Numbered from the stretch's first letter, positions 30,283 to 41,356 are shown. The stretch is DNA of 64,000 bases from an uncultured Gemmatimonadales bacterium (GCA_963816355.1 CAWFKH010000005.1:192001-256000); one strand, 5' to 3'. Numbers and translations are program-made. The notes: generated from the letters alone by a model not told the origin.

Positions 30283-31341
30283 ATGCGCCAGACGCGGGAG
30301 TCGGAGAAGCCGTATCGGAGGTCCGTGCCGGCGTCGGGTCGCGCACCGGCCGTGGCGGCACGCGACGGGGCGACTCACGAGCCTCCCGCCGCGCCGCGGC
30401 GCAACGTCGGCATGCCGCTCGAGCTCGACTGGGTGCGCGAAGTGCGGGTGAACCGGAGCGCCGTCGAGCGGCGGACGGCGACGATTCCGACGCGCCGCTC
30501 GGTCAAGAAGGAGTGGCAGGCGGCGTGGCTGCTGCGCGCGATCACCTGCATCGACCTGACGACCCTCTCGGGCGACGACACGCCGGGCACGGTGCGGCGC
30601 CTGTGCGCGAAGGCGCGGCGGCCGGTGCGGCCGGACGTGCTGGACGCGCTCGGCGCCTCGGCGCTGCCGATCCGCGTCGCCGCCGTGTGCGTCTATCACG
30701 CGTACGTCGAGACGGCGGTCGCCGCGCTGAGCGGCAGCGGCATCCCGGTCGCCGCGGTCTCGACCGGCTTCCCCGCCGGGCTCAACCCGTTCCCGCAGCG
30801 GCTCGCCGAGATCCGCGCCTCGCTGGACGCGGGAGCGCAGGAGATCGACGTGGTGATCACGCGCGCGCACGTGCTCGAGGGGGAATGGGAGGCGCTCTAC
30901 GACGAGGTGCGCGCGTTCCGCGAGGCGTGCGGCGATGCGCACCTGAAGACGATCCTGGCGACCGGCGAGTTGGGCACGCTGCGCAACGTGGCCCGCGCGA
31001 GCCTGGTGTGCATGATGGCGGGCGCCGACTTCATCAAGACGTCCACGGGGAAGGAGTCGGTGAACGCGACGCTGCCGGTGGGGCTCGTCATGGCGCGCGC
31101 GATCCGCGCCTACCGCGAGCGCACGGGGTGCGACGTCGGCTTCAAGCCGGCGGGCGGGATCCGCGCGGCGAAGGATGCGCTGAGCTGGCTGCTGCTGATG
31201 AAGGAGGAGCTGGGCGCGCCGTGGCTCACGCCGGCGCTCTTCCGCTTCGGCGCCAGCTCGCTGCTCGGCGACATCGAGCGGCAGCTCGAGCACTTCGCGA
31301 CCGGCCGCTACTCGGCGGCCCACCGCCATCCGATGGCGTAG
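30283..31341 (+). CDS. deoC: Deoxyribose-phosphate aldolase (long form)
   Basis: IDLTTLSGDDT, TGFPAG, HLKTIL, GADFIKTSTGK, GFKPAGG, RFGASSLL. Start uncertain. Confidence 0.93.
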   Translation: MRQTRESEKPYRRSVPASGRAPAVAARDGATHEPPAAPRRNVGMPLELDWVREVRVNRSAVERRTATIPTRRSVKKEWQAAWLLRAITCIDLTTLSGDDTPGTVRRLCAKARRPVRPDVLDALGASALPIRVAAVCVYHAYVETAVAALSGSGIPVAAVSTGFPAGLNPFPQRLAEIRASLDAGAQEIDVVITRAHVLEGEWEALYDEVRAFREACGDAHLKTILATGELGTLRNVARASLVCMMAGADFIKTSTGKESVNATLPVGLVMARAIRAYRERTGCDVGFKPAGGIRAAKDALSWLLLMKEELGAPWLTPALFRFGASSLLGDIERQLEHFATGRYSAAHRHPMA

Positions 31342-31352
31342 GAGGAGGGACC

Positions 31353-33843
31353 ATGAGCAGAGTCGCGGAGATCTTCGAGACGATGGAATACGGCCCCGCG
31401 CCGGAGAGCCGGAGCGAGGCAGTGGCGTGGCTGGATGCGCACGGCCGCCGCTTCGGCCACTTCGTCGGCGGCGCGTGGCGGGAGTCGTCCGACGGCGAAC
31501 GGTTCGAGACGACGAACCCGGCGACCGGCGAGGCGCTGGCGGAGGTCGCGCAGGGGTCTCAGGCGGACGTCGACGCGGCGGTCGCGGCGGCGGCGGCCGC
31601 GTTTCCGGCGTGGCAGGCGCTGGGCGGCCACGGCCGGGCGCGGCACATGTACGCCCTCGCGCGGCATCTGCAGAAGCACGCCCGCTTCTTCGCGGTGCTC
31701 GAGTCGCTGGACAACGGCAAGCCGATCCGGGAGTCGCGCGACATCGACGTGCCACTCGTCGCCCGGCACTTCTATCACCACGCGGGCTGGGCGCAGCTCC
31801 TCGAGCGGGAGTTCCCCGGCCGCCGCTCGATCGGCGTGGTCGGCCAGATCATTCCGTGGAACTTCCCGCTGCTCATGCTGGCGTGGAAGGTGGCGCCGGC
31901 GCTCGCGGCGGGGAACACGGTGGTGCTCAAGCCGGCGGAGTTCACGCCGCTGACGGCGCTGCGCTTCGCGGAGATGTGCGCGGAAGCGGGCCTGCCCAGC
32001 GGCGTCGTCAACATCGTGACCGGCGACGGGCGCACCGGCGAGTGGATCGTGCGCCACCCCGACGTGCGCAAGATCGCCTTCACCGGCTCCACCGAGGTGG
32101 GCCGCCTGATCCGCGCCGCGACGGCCGGCAGCGGCAAAAAGCTGTCGCTCGAGCTGGGCGGCAAGTCGCCGTTCATCGTCTTCGACGACGCAGACCTCGA
32201 CAGCGTCGTGGAAGGCGTGGTCGACGCGATCTGGTTCAACCAGGGGCAGGTGTGCTGTGCCGGCTCCCGCATCCTCGCCCAGGAGGGGATCGCGGAGCGA
32301 CTCACGGAAAAGCTGAAGGCGCGCATGGAGACGCTGCGCGTGGGCGATCCGCTCGACAAGGGCATCGACATCGGCGCCATCGTCGCGCCGGTGCAGCTCG
32401 AGAAGATCGAGCGCCTCGTGCGGCAGGGCGTCGAGGAGGGCGCCCGCATGTGGCAGCCGTCGTGGAGCTGCCCGGCGGAAGGGCTCTTCTTCCCGCCCAC
32501 GCTCTTCACGGACGTCGCCCCCGCGGCGACGATCGCGCAGGTCGAGATCTTCGGTCCCGTCGTCGCGCTGATGACCTTCCGCACCCCGACGGAGGCGGTC
32601 GCGCTCGCCAACAACACGCGCTACGGCCTGGCCGCGAGCATCTGGACGGAAAACATCAACCTGGCGCTCGACATCGCGCCGAAGGTGAAGGCCGGCACCG
32701 TCTGGGTGAACAGCACCAACCTCTTCGACGCGGCGTCCGGCTTCGGCGGCTATCGGGAGAGCGGCTTCGGCCGCGAGGGCGGCCGCGAGGGGATGGAGGA
32801 GTACCTGGTCGAGGCGCTCCGCGGCGCGGGCGCGGCCGGTGGCGCGGCGGCGGGTGGCGGCGCGGACGCGGCCGGTGGCGTGGCGGGCGCGGACGCGGCG
32901 GCTGGCGTGGCGGGCGCGGACGGCGACGACGGTGCGCCAGCCGGCGGCGGTGCGGCGGCCGGCGGCGGCGCGGCCGGCGCGGTGGGCTTCGGATCTCCGG
33001 CAATCGACCGGACAGCGAAGCTGTACATCGGCGGCAAGCAGGTGCGGCCGGACCAGGGGTACAGCCGGGAGGTGGTGGGGGCGGGCGGGGCGGTGGTCGG
33101 GCAGGTGGGCGTCGGCAACCGGAAGGACGTACGCAACGCGGTGGAGGCGGCGCACCGCGCGTCGTCGTGGGCGCGGGCGACGTCGCACAACCGGGCGCAG
33201 GTGCTCTACTACGTGGCGGAGAACCTGTGGGCGCGGGCGCGGGAGTTCAGCGGTCGCATCGCGGCGCTGAGCGGGGACGCGGCGGCGGCGGGGGCCGAAG
33301 TGGAGGCGGCGGTGGAACGGCTGTTCACGTGGGCGGCGTGGGCCGACAAGTACGACGGCGCGGTGCACCACACGCCGTTCCGCAACGTGACGCTGGCGAT
33401 GCCGGAGCCGATCGGCGTGATCGGGATCGTGTGTCCGGACGAGGCGCCGCTGCTCGCGTTCGTGTCGACGGTGGCGCCCGCGGTGGCGATGGGGAACACG
33501 GTGGTCGCGGTGCCGTCGGAGCGGTGGCCGCTGCCGGCGACGGACCTGTACCAGGTGTTCGAGACGTCGGACGTTCCGGGCGGGGTGGTGAACATCGTGA
33601 CGGGCGCGCGCGACGTCCTGACTCCGGTGCTCGCGGCCCACGACGACGTCGATGCGGTCTGGCACTTCGGCCCGGCGGAGGGGGACGAGGTCGTCGAACG
33701 GCTGTCGACAGGCAACATGAAGCGAACGTGGTGCGCGCACGGCGTGGCGCGGGAGTGGCGCGACGCCGCCGAAGGCGCGAGCGGCGAGTTCCTGCGACGC
33801 TCAACGCAGGTCAAGAACATTCTGGGTGCCATACGGCGAGTAG
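31353..33843 (+). CDS. Tandem-domain aldehyde dehydrogenase; one-base frameshift near the C-terminus
   Basis: PWNFPL, FTGSTEVG, LELGGKSP, QGQVCCAG, EIFGP; second ALDH-like half. Removing one T at 33820-33821 gives ...KNIWVPYGE-stop at 33841-33843. Confidence 0.9.
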
Positions 33844-33908
33844 AGCGACTCGCTGGCACATCGGTTGCGCCCGCTTCCGGCCGGAATCGAACCGCCCGGG
33901 AGCGAGAG

Positions 33909-34766
33909 ATGGAGCACATCAAGGCGATCTTCAGTGAGGCCCTCGCCGACAACATCACCGGCGAGTCCGCGAAGGCGGCCTACTACTTCTTCCTCTCGCT
34001 CTTCCCCCTCCTCCTCGCCGTCTTCGCGCTGACCGGGCTGGTGGGCGGCGACGCCGCCTTCGACTGGATCATGGGCCGGATCAGCCGCGCCGCGCCGCCG
34101 ACCACCGCCGACTTCCTCTCCGGCTTCGCGCGGCAGGTCACGTCGCGACCGCGGCCGGACGCGCTGTCGATCGGCGTCGTGCTGATGGTGTGGTCCGCGT
34201 CGAACGTCTTCTCTGCCCTGACCGATGGCCTCAACACGATGTACGACATCCGCGAGTCCCGCGGATGGTGGCGCAAGAAGGCGGTCGCGCTGGCGGTCAC
34301 GGCGATCGCGGTCGTCCTGCTGGGCGGCGGTGCGGCGCTGATCGTCGCCGGTCCGGAGATCCTGCGCGGCCTCGGCGTGGGCCTGGCCGCGCGCTGGATC
34401 CGCTGGCCGCTCGCCGTGCTGCTCGTCGTGACGATGATGTGGATCGTCTACTTCTGGCTGCCGAACCGGGATCAGAGCGACGTGAAGGCGGAAGCGCTGC
34501 TCGGCGCGGTGGTGGGCACGGCGCTGTGGATCGGCATCACGATGCTCTTCCGCGTCTACGTCTCGAACTTCGGCAGCTACGGCGCGACGTACGGCGTGGT
34601 GGGGGGTATCATCGTGCTGCTGCTCTGGATGTACCTTACCGCGCTCGCGATCCTCTTCGGCGGCGAGGTCGCGGCCGTGTGGGAGGGGCGCCGGTCGGGC
34701 GAGGCGGGCCGCGAAGGGGCCCTTGCGCGCGGAACGAACGCTGCGTCACCTTCTCGCGGATCCTGA
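33909..34766 (+). CDS. YihY/virulence factor BrkB family membrane protein
   Basis: AAYYFFLSLFP, WSAS, YGATYGVVGGIIVLLLWMY...GGE; has its own ATG at 33909. Confidence 0.9.
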   Translation: MEHIKAIFSEALADNITGESAKAAYYFFLSLFPLLLAVFALTGLVGGDAAFDWIMGRISRAAPPTTADFLSGFARQVTSRPRPDALSIGVVLMVWSASNVFSALTDGLNTMYDIRESRGWWRKKAVALAVTAIAVVLLGGGAALIVAGPEILRGLGVGLAARWIRWPLAVLLVVTMMWIVYFWLPNRDQSDVKAEALLGAVVGTALWIGITMLFRVYVSNFGSYGATYGVVGGIIVLLLWMYLTALAILFGGEVAAVWEGRRSGEAGREGALARGTNAASPSRGS

Positions 34767-34778
34767 AAGGACGACGCC

Positions 34779-35306
34779 ATGACGGAAGCCCAGCACGCGA
34801 AGCAGGTCCACGGGGGCAACGGGCAGCGCCCGCTGTCGCCGGAGGAGATGCGGCACGAGATCAACCAGACGCGGGAGCGGCTGTCGAGCACACTCGACCG
34901 CATCGGCGAGCAGCTCGAGCAGAAGCGGGACGAGCTGCGGCAGAAGGCTGACTTCGTAAGGCCGCTGCGGGATCGCGTACGCGAAAGTCCGCTGCCTACA
35001 CTCGGCGTCGCGTTCGCCGCGGGCATCGTCGTGGGCCTGCTGCGCGGGAGCCGGCGCGGGGATGCGGACGGGGCCGAGGTCCTCGAGCGCGAGGTGCCGG
35101 TCTACGTCGAGGCGCCGCCGGATGCCCAGATGGCCTCCTACGACCACGCGCACGCGGCGCACCACTCCTTCCTGCACGAGTTGCGCAGCGTGGTGCTTCA
35201 CCAGGTCAGCAACGCGGTGATCGCCGCGATCGCGGGCCTGATCTCGGCGAAGGTGGCGCAGCACGACGAGGAGGAGACGCACCGACGTCGCCGCCGCACG
35301 CGCTGA
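34779..35306 (+). CDS. DUF3618-like hypothetical protein
   Basis: PEEMRHEINQTRERLSSTLDRI coiled N-terminus plus a hydrophobic segment. Confidence 0.7.
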   Translation: MTEAQHAKQVHGGNGQRPLSPEEMRHEINQTRERLSSTLDRIGEQLEQKRDELRQKADFVRPLRDRVRESPLPTLGVAFAAGIVVGLLRGSRRGDADGAEVLEREVPVYVEAPPDAQMASYDHAHAAHHSFLHELRSVVLHQVSNAVIAAIAGLISAKVAQHDEEETHRRRRRTR

Positions 35307-35337
35307 ACCTTTCGCGCGCTCGCGCGTAATGTGAGCC

Positions 35338-36108
35338 ATGGCAAGCAAACCGAAAAGCCAGCGGGCCCCGCGGGCCGGGTCGGCGAGCGCGGAGGCGCCG
35401 GAGTCGGCGGCGCGCGGGGCCGGAGGCGCGGCCCAGTGGCTCTGGGAGTGGACGAAGTCGCTGGGTGGGGCGGTCCTCCTCTTCATCGTCATCCGCACGC
35501 TCCTGATCCAGACGTTCGTGATCACGTCGGGCTCGATGGAGAAGACGCTGCTGGTGGGCGACTTCCTCGTGCTGAACAAGGCGGCGTACGGCGCGGAGAT
35601 CCCGTTCACGCGGAAGCGGCTGCCGGGCTACGCGGAGTTCCAGCGCGGCGACGTCATCGTCTTCCGGGCGGCGCACGCGCCGGACCTCGACCTGGTCAAG
35701 CGGCTGATCGGTCTGCCGGGCGACACGCTGTCGATGCGGAACGCGGTCCTCTACCTCGACGGCAAGCCGCAGACGGAGCCGTACGTGCAGCACGTCAGCC
35801 CGGACGCGGACGGCTACCATCCCTGGATGGTGTGGCAGAAGCAGTATCTGGCGCCCGGCGTGGACCCGGCGACGTATCACCCCACGCTCAACAACTGGGG
35901 GCCGATCGTCGTGCCACCGGGCCATTTCTTCGCCATGGGCGACAACCGTGACCTCAGCCTCGACTCGCGATACTGGGGCTTCGTCGACGCGACGAAAGTG
36001 AAGGGGCGCGTCCTCGGGATCTACTTCTCCTACGACCCGGACGCGGCTGACATCGTACCGTGGCTGCAGGACATCCGCTGGCACCGCATCTTCCACGGCG
36101 TGCACTGA
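35338..36108 (+). CDS. lepB: Signal peptidase I
   Basis: SGSMEKTLLVGD, VKRLIGLPGD, MGDNRDLSLDSRYWG. Confidence 0.96.
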   Translation: MASKPKSQRAPRAGSASAEAPESAARGAGGAAQWLWEWTKSLGGAVLLFIVIRTLLIQTFVITSGSMEKTLLVGDFLVLNKAAYGAEIPFTRKRLPGYAEFQRGDVIVFRAAHAPDLDLVKRLIGLPGDTLSMRNAVLYLDGKPQTEPYVQHVSPDADGYHPWMVWQKQYLAPGVDPATYHPTLNNWGPIVVPPGHFFAMGDNRDLSLDSRYWGFVDATKVKGRVLGIYFSYDPDAADIVPWLQDIRWHRIFHGVH

Positions 36109-36159
36109 GCGCCGCGCGCTGGGCGCCCCAGCGGGACCGCTAGGCGCTCCAGCGGCGGG

Positions 36160-37179
36160 CTAGGCGCCCCAGCCCCGGGCCGGTGCCTCCGCCTCGCCCG
36201 CATCCGGCGGCGGTGCGGCTCCGCCATCCTCGTCCGCCGGCTCGCGTCGCCGCCGCGCTTCACGGCGCTCGATCAGGATCGACACGAACAGCGAGAGGCT
36301 CAGCAGCGCGAGGACCGCGACGAGCATCAGCCACGTCTCCACGTGCACCAGCTCGGCGAGCAGCATCTTCACGCCGACCAACGCGAGCACCACCGCGAGG
36401 CCGTACTTCAGGTACTCGAAGCGCTCCAGCATGCCCGCGAGCGCGAAGTAAAGCGCGCGCAGCCCCAGGATCGCGAACAGGTTCGACGTGAAGACGATGA
36501 ACGGGTCCGTCGTCACCGCGAAGATGGCGGGGATCGAATCGAGCGCGAAGAGGACGTCCGTCGTCTCGACCACGATCAACACGAGGACGAGCGGCGTGAT
36601 CAGAAGGCGGCCGCCCTCGCGGACGAAGAAATGGTCGTCGTGATAGGTCCGGGAGACCGGGAGCAGGCGCCGCGCCGCGCGCACGAAGATGTTGCGATCC
36701 GGCTCCACCCGCTCCTCGACGCCGAGGGCCATGCGCACGGCGGCGTAGAGCAGGAACGCTCCGAAGATGTAGGTGATCCAGTCGAAGCGGCGAATGAGCG
36801 AGGTGCCGAGCAGGATCAGGACGAGCCGCATGCCCGCCGCCCCGATGATGCCCCAGAAGAGCACCTTGTGCTGGTACTTCCGCGGGACGCCGAAATAGGT
36901 GAAGATGAGCGCGAAGACGAAGATGTTGTCGACGCTCAGCGACTTCTCGATCACGTAGCCGGTGAGGAATTCGAGCGCCGGCTGGTGCCCCTCGAAGACG
37001 AGGATGAAGCCATTGAAGGCGAGGGAGAGAGCGACCCAGACGAGAGTCCAGAGGATCGACTCGCGGATCGAGATCGCGTGCGGATTGCGGTTGAACACGC
37101 CCAGATCGATCGCCAGCATGCCGACGATCAATCCACCGAACCCCACCCAGAACCAGATCGATTCTCTCATTCGGACCAC
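36160..37179 (-). CDS. TerC/Alx family membrane protein
   Basis: GYVIEKSLSVDNIFVF, QHKVLFWG, TDVLFALDSIPAIFA, SNLFAILGLR. Confidence 0.93.
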   Translation of the reverse strand: MVRMRESIWFWVGFGGLIVGMLAIDLGVFNRNPHAISIRESILWTLVWVALSLAFNGFILVFEGHQPALEFLTGYVIEKSLSVDNIFVFALIFTYFGVPRKYQHKVLFWGIIGAAGMRLVLILLGTSLIRRFDWITYIFGAFLLYAAVRMALGVEERVEPDRNIFVRAARRLLPVSRTYHDDHFFVREGGRLLITPLVLVLIVVETTDVLFALDSIPAIFAVTTDPFIVFTSNLFAILGLRALYFALAGMLERFEYLKYGLAVVLALVGVKMLLAELVHVETWLMLVAVLALLSLSLFVSILIERREARRRREPADEDGGAAPPPDAGEAEAPARGWGA

Positions 37180-37230
37180 GCAAGCGGCGACCAGCGCCGA
37201 TCGTCATCGGTTGCGAGGAGGCGGACCGAA

Positions 37231-37740
37231 ATGAACGGCCTCTCCGCGCGCGAACCGCGACCCGGCGCCGCCGAGCCGCGACGCTCCATCGCGCCGCTCG
37301 TCGTCTCGCTGCTCGTGGCCGGAGCCTTAATACTCGTCATGGGCTACTGGGTCGGCAAGCGGCAGGCCGCGGGCGCCGCCGTCGATTCGCCTCCAGGCAA
37401 CCTCACGCTCCTCGAGCCCCGCGACGGCGCGGTCGTCGACGGCGACGCGCTCGTGCTGGTCTTCCGCACCGACGCTCCCCTCGAGCTGACGCCGCGCGGC
37501 TGGCTCGCCGGGGCATGGCACGTGCACGCGATGGTGGACGACGTCGCGCGCATGGCGGGGGCGTCCGATCTGCGCGCCAGCGGCGCCGGCCACTTCGCCT
37601 GGACGCTCGTCCTCCCACCGGGCGAGCACACGCTCGCGTTGCGGTGGGCCACCCTCGAGCACCGCGTGGTGACGCGGGGCGGCTCGGCCCGCATCCGGGT
37701 GCGCGTGCGCGGAGCGGCTCGTGCCGGGTCCGGAGCGTGA
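37231..37740 (+). CDS. Membrane-anchored hypothetical protein with an Ig-like (DUF4399-like) domain
   Basis: N-terminal TM; PRDGAVV...HVHAMVD...LPPGEHTL. Confidence 0.6.
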   Translation: MNGLSAREPRPGAAEPRRSIAPLVVSLLVAGALILVMGYWVGKRQAAGAAVDSPPGNLTLLEPRDGAVVDGDALVLVFRTDAPLELTPRGWLAGAWHVHAMVDDVARMAGASDLRASGAGHFAWTLVLPPGEHTLALRWATLEHRVVTRGGSARIRVRVRGAARAGSGA

Positions 37741-37770
37741 TTTGCCGGAACGGCAGCAGCGGGATAGTGT

Positions 37771-38124
37771 ATGGGAATAGCTTACACGACATCGACGGCA
37801 GAAGGAGGCGCTTTGGGACGGAAGCATGAGAAGACGGATTTCGATCGCGCACGAGACGAGCTCATGAGCCTGGTACACCGCTGCGGCGTTCTGCAGGCGA
37901 ACGAGGAGCAGCAGAACGAGTGGCTCAAGGAGACCGTGGAATACATGGCGGGCCGCTACCCGGCGCTCTCGAAGATGGAGCGCGCGAACCTGGAGCTGGT
38001 GGGCCGCCGTTTCTGCGCGCCCGTGATCGCGCACGGCGCGGACAGCACGGCGCTGACGCGGGACGACGAGACGGCGGAGCCGGATACCGGTGAGACGCCA
38101 TCAAAGGCGATGCAGGCGGCGTAA
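37771..38124 (+). CDS. Small hypothetical protein (HRCG...FCAPVIxHG)
   Basis: Paralog of 24280-24561. True start may be TTG 37813, after GAAGGAGG. Confidence 0.8.
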   Translation: MGIAYTTSTAEGGALGRKHEKTDFDRARDELMSLVHRCGVLQANEEQQNEWLKETVEYMAGRYPALSKMERANLELVGRRFCAPVIAHGADSTALTRDDETAEPDTGETPSKAMQAA

Positions 38125-38217
38125 GCGCTCGAAAGTGCGCGGTCGCGCGCGGCATCCGCGTGCTTGGAGGGCCGTGGAGGCGAGAGCTTCCGCGGCTTTC
38201 TCGCATCCATGGGGGAG

Positions 38218-39312
38218 TCAGGAGGAGGCGGAGAGGTCGCGGCAGAGGCGGATGCGGTCGTGGAGCGCAGCGTCGTCCGCGGCGCGCAGCGTGATGTGGC
38301 CGAGCTTGCGGCCCGGGCGGGGGTCCTTGCCGTAGAGGTGGACGGCGCATTCGGGGACCTCGAGCAGACGAGGCAGCGGGGGCACGGATCCGATCAGGTT
38401 GAGCATGGCGACGCGGCCGAAGACGCGGGTCGAGCCGAGGGGCAGGCCGAGGATGGCGCGGAGGTGGTTCTCGAACTGACTGGTGGCGGCGCCCTCGATC
38501 GACCAGTGGCCGGAATTGTGGACGCGGGGGGCCATCTCGTTGGCGAGCAGGTGCGGCCCGTGCTGGAAGAGTTCGATGGCGAGCATGCCCACGTAGTCCA
38601 GCCGCTCGAGGGCGGCGCGCGCGATGCGCTCCGCCTCCTCCTGGAGGGCGGCATCGAGGCCGGAGGCGGGCGCGATGCTGAGGCGCAGGATTCCGCCTTC
38701 GTGGTGGTTTTCGACCAGGGGGTAGAAGGCGCAGGCGCCGTCGCGGCCGCGCGCGGCGAGGATCGAGAGCTCGCGCCGGAAGTCGACGAAGCCCTCGAGG
38801 ATGAGGGGCCGTTCGCCGAGGGTCTGCCAGGCCGCGGCGATGTCGGCGTCCGTGGCGATGCGGACCTGACCCTTGCCGTCGTAGCCCCAGCGGCGGGTTT
38901 TGAGGATGGCGGGCAGACCGACGCGGGCGGCGGCGGCACGCAGGTCGGCCTCGGAGTCGACCGGCTCGAACGGGGCGGTTCCGATGCCGAGCGCGCGGAA
39001 GAAGCGCTTTTCGGCGAGGCGGTCCTGGGCGACCTCGAGCGCGGCGGGCGGCGGCAGGACGGGCACGTGCTGCTCGAGGTGGCGCGCGGCGTCGACGGGC
39101 ACGTTCTCGAACTCGTAGGTGGCGACGTCGAGTCCGCGCGCGAAGCGGTCGAGGGCGTCACGGTCGTCGTAGGGTCCGACGACGGGCTCGGAGAGGGGAC
39201 GGGCGGGCGGCGCGTGCTCGGGCGAGAGGTGGCGGAATCGGAAGCCGAGCGGGTGTCCGGCGAGGGCGATCATGCGCGCGAGCTGGCCCGCGCCCAGGAT
39301 GCCGACTCTCAA
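38218..39312 (-). CDS. purK: N5-carboxyaminoimidazole ribonucleotide synthase
   Basis: [46 protein letters not shown]...RKLGH; TTG start overlaps the purE stop. Confidence 0.95.
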   Translation of the reverse strand: MRVGILGAGQLARMIALAGHPLGFRFRHLSPEHAPPARPLSEPVVGPYDDRDALDRFARGLDVATYEFENVPVDAARHLEQHVPVLPPPAALEVAQDRLAEKRFFRALGIGTAPFEPVDSEADLRAAAARVGLPAILKTRRWGYDGKGQVRIATDADIAAAWQTLGERPLILEGFVDFRRELSILAARGRDGACAFYPLVENHHEGGILRLSIAPASGLDAALQEEAERIARAALERLDYVGMLAIELFQHGPHLLANEMAPRVHNSGHWSIEGAATSQFENHLRAILGLPLGSTRVFGRVAMLNLIGSVPPLPRLLEVPECAVHLYGKDPRPGRKLGHITLRAADDAALHDRIRLCRDLSASS

Positions 39313-39806
39313 GGCTCTGCGGCGGGATCCGCCTCGTCGAGGACGCGCTGGGTCTGTTCGGCGCGGAAGCGGCGGAGCGCGACGCCGATCGCGTCGTCGG
39401 AGAGGGCGAGGATGGCGGCGGCGGCGAGGGCGGCGTTGACGGCGCCGGAGCGGCCGATGGCGAACGTGGCGACCGGGACGCCCGCGGGCATCTGCACGAT
39501 GGAGAGCAGCGAGTCGATGCCGTCGAGGGCGCGGCTCTGGACCGGCACGCCGAGGACCGGCAGAGCGGTCTTCGCCGCGGTCATGCCGGGCAGGTGCGCC
39601 GCGCCGCCAGCGCCGGCGATGACGACGCGGATACCGCGCCGCTCGGCGCTCTCCGCGTACTCGAAGAGCAGGTCCGGCGTGCGGTGCGCGGAGACGACGC
39701 GCGTCTCGAAGGGAACGCCGAGCCGCTCGAGCGTGTCGGCGGCGTGGCGCATGGTCTCCCAGTCGGAGCGCGATCCCATGATCACGCCCACGAGCGCTCC
39801 TGCCAT
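39309..39806 (-). CDS. purE: N5-CAIR mutase
   Basis: [30 protein letters not shown]. Confidence 0.97.
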   Translation of the reverse strand: MAGALVGVIMGSRSDWETMRHAADTLERLGVPFETRVVSAHRTPDLLFEYAESAERRGIRVVIAGAGGAAHLPGMTAAKTALPVLGVPVQSRALDGIDSLLSIVQMPAGVPVATFAIGRSGAVNAALAAAAILALSDDAIGVALRRFRAEQTQRVLDEADPAAEP

Positions 39807-40005
39807 GATGATCCTTCCGCGGAAGTCGTTGCGGCCGGTGCTCCGGCGCGATCCCGGTGGTGCCGGCTCTGCGGACGCGCCTATCTTGGGAGGAGCCGAC
39901 GCGAGCGTCAACGCCGGGCGGTGGCACGGCGGCTGCGCGTCTCAGCGCCGGCGGCGGTCGCAGCGCGCGGCCTCCGGCGACAGCAGAAGAAGAGAGGTGG
40001 CAGCC

Positions 40006-40362
40006 ATGGCTGAAGCGGCGAGAGGGTCGAAGAACGTGGGGGAGACGGAGCGCTGGGCGTCCGGACTGCTCGGCGGCATGCTCGCGCTGGCGGGCGTGCG
40101 CGGCCGCGGCATGATCGGTCTGGGCGCCGCGGCGGCGGGCGCCTTCCTGCTCAAGCGGGCGTTCACCGGCCACTGCGAGGTCTACGACGCGCTCGACATC
40201 GACACGACGGTCGACGACCGTTCCGCGCCCGCCGCCGCCGCGGCGAGGGCAAGGGTCCCGCCGTGGAACACGGTCGACGAGGCGTCGGACGAGTCGTTCC
40301 CGGCGAGCGATCCTCCCGCATGGACTCCGACAGGCACGACCGTCGGTCCGGAGGAGGAGTGA
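40006..40362 (+). CDS. DUF2892 (YgaP-like) small membrane protein
   Basis: NVGETER...TGHCEVYDAL; C-terminal VDEASDESFPASDPP motif. Confidence 0.75.
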   Translation: MAEAARGSKNVGETERWASGLLGGMLALAGVRGRGMIGLGAAAAGAFLLKRAFTGHCEVYDALDIDTTVDDRSAPAAAAARARVPPWNTVDEASDESFPASDPPAWTPTGTTVGPEEE

Positions 40363-40372
40363 GGCGGCGGCA

Positions 40373-41326
40373 ATGACGACGGCGGCGGCGGCGCTGACGA
40401 CGGCGGCGGCGGCGGCGCTCGGCGCGCGCTTCGGCCGCGAGCGCCTGGAGCGGGACGTGCCGCTGGCGCCGCTCACGACGTTCCGCATCGGCGGCCCGGC
40501 GGACCTGCTGCTGCGCGTTCGCAGCGCGGACGAACTCGCGGACGCCGTCGCGCTCGCGCGGGAGGCCGCGCTTCCCCACTTCCTGCTGGGCGCGGGCGCG
40601 AACATCCTGGTGGGGGAGAGGGGCTTCCGCGGTCTGGTGATCCGCAACGAGGCCCGCGGCGTCGAGGTGGAGGAGGAGCGCGTGCGCGCGGAGAGCGGCG
40701 TCGTCGTTTTCCACGACCTCATCGAGGCGACGGTCTCGCGGGGGCTGGGCGGGCTCCATCACTACGTGGGGATCCCGAGCACGGTGGGAGGCGCGATCTG
40801 GCAGAACCTGCACTTCCTGGCGCCGGACCGCGAGCGCACGGTCTTCATCGAAGAGGTCGTCGAGGCGTGCGAGCTGCTCAGCGAGGAGGGGGAGCGGCGG
40901 ACGGTCGGCGTCGATTACCTGCGCTTCGGCTACGACTGGAGCATCCTGCACGAGCGGCGCGACGTCGTGCTCGCGGTCACGTTCCGGCTGCGGAGCCGGC
41001 CACAAGCCGAGCTGCGGGAGGTGATGCGCGAGAACCTGAAGTGGCGCGACGACCGGCACCCCGACCTTTGGCTCTATCCGTCCGCGGGTTCGATCTTCCA
41101 GAAGATCGACGGCGTGGGCGCCGGCCGTCTGATCGACGCGTGCGGCCTCAAGGGTCGCGTCCTCGGCAACGCCCAGATCTTCCACCGGCACGCCAACATC
41201 ATCGTCAACCTGGGCGGCGCGACGGCCTCCGACGTGCGCGCGCTGATCGATCTGGCCCGCGAGACCGTGGCGCGCGAAACGGGCCACGAGCTGACGCCCG
41301 AGATCGGCATGATCGGCGAATTCTGA
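40373..41326 (+). CDS. murB: UDP-N-acetylmuramate dehydrogenase
   Basis: TTFRIGGPAD, GIPSTVGGA, PSAGSIF, HANIIVNLG. Confidence 0.93.
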   Translation: MTTAAAALTTAAAAALGARFGRERLERDVPLAPLTTFRIGGPADLLLRVRSADELADAVALAREAALPHFLLGAGANILVGERGFRGLVIRNEARGVEVEEERVRAESGVVVFHDLIEATVSRGLGGLHHYVGIPSTVGGAIWQNLHFLAPDRERTVFIEEVVEACELLSEEGERRTVGVDYLRFGYDWSILHERRDVVLAVTFRLRSRPQAELREVMRENLKWRDDRHPDLWLYPSAGSIFQKIDGVGAGRLIDACGLKGRVLGNAQIFHRHANIIVNLGGATASDVRALIDLARETVARETGHELTPEIGMIGEF

Positions 41327-41356
41327 AGGCGCGCCGCGACCCGCACCCGCCCGCGC

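Noticed and set aside
30213..34766. 1517-aa single protein
   Set aside because: It joins an off-frame reading of deoC, the ALDH and yihY through a one-base insertion.
37180..37230. yybP-ykoY riboswitch upstream of terC
   Set aside because: Only about 50 bp separate the divergent genes, and I recognised no motif.
38218..40722. 834-aa extended PurK
   Set aside because: The extension overlaps purE and antisense genes; PurK begins at TTG 39312, coupled to the purE stop.
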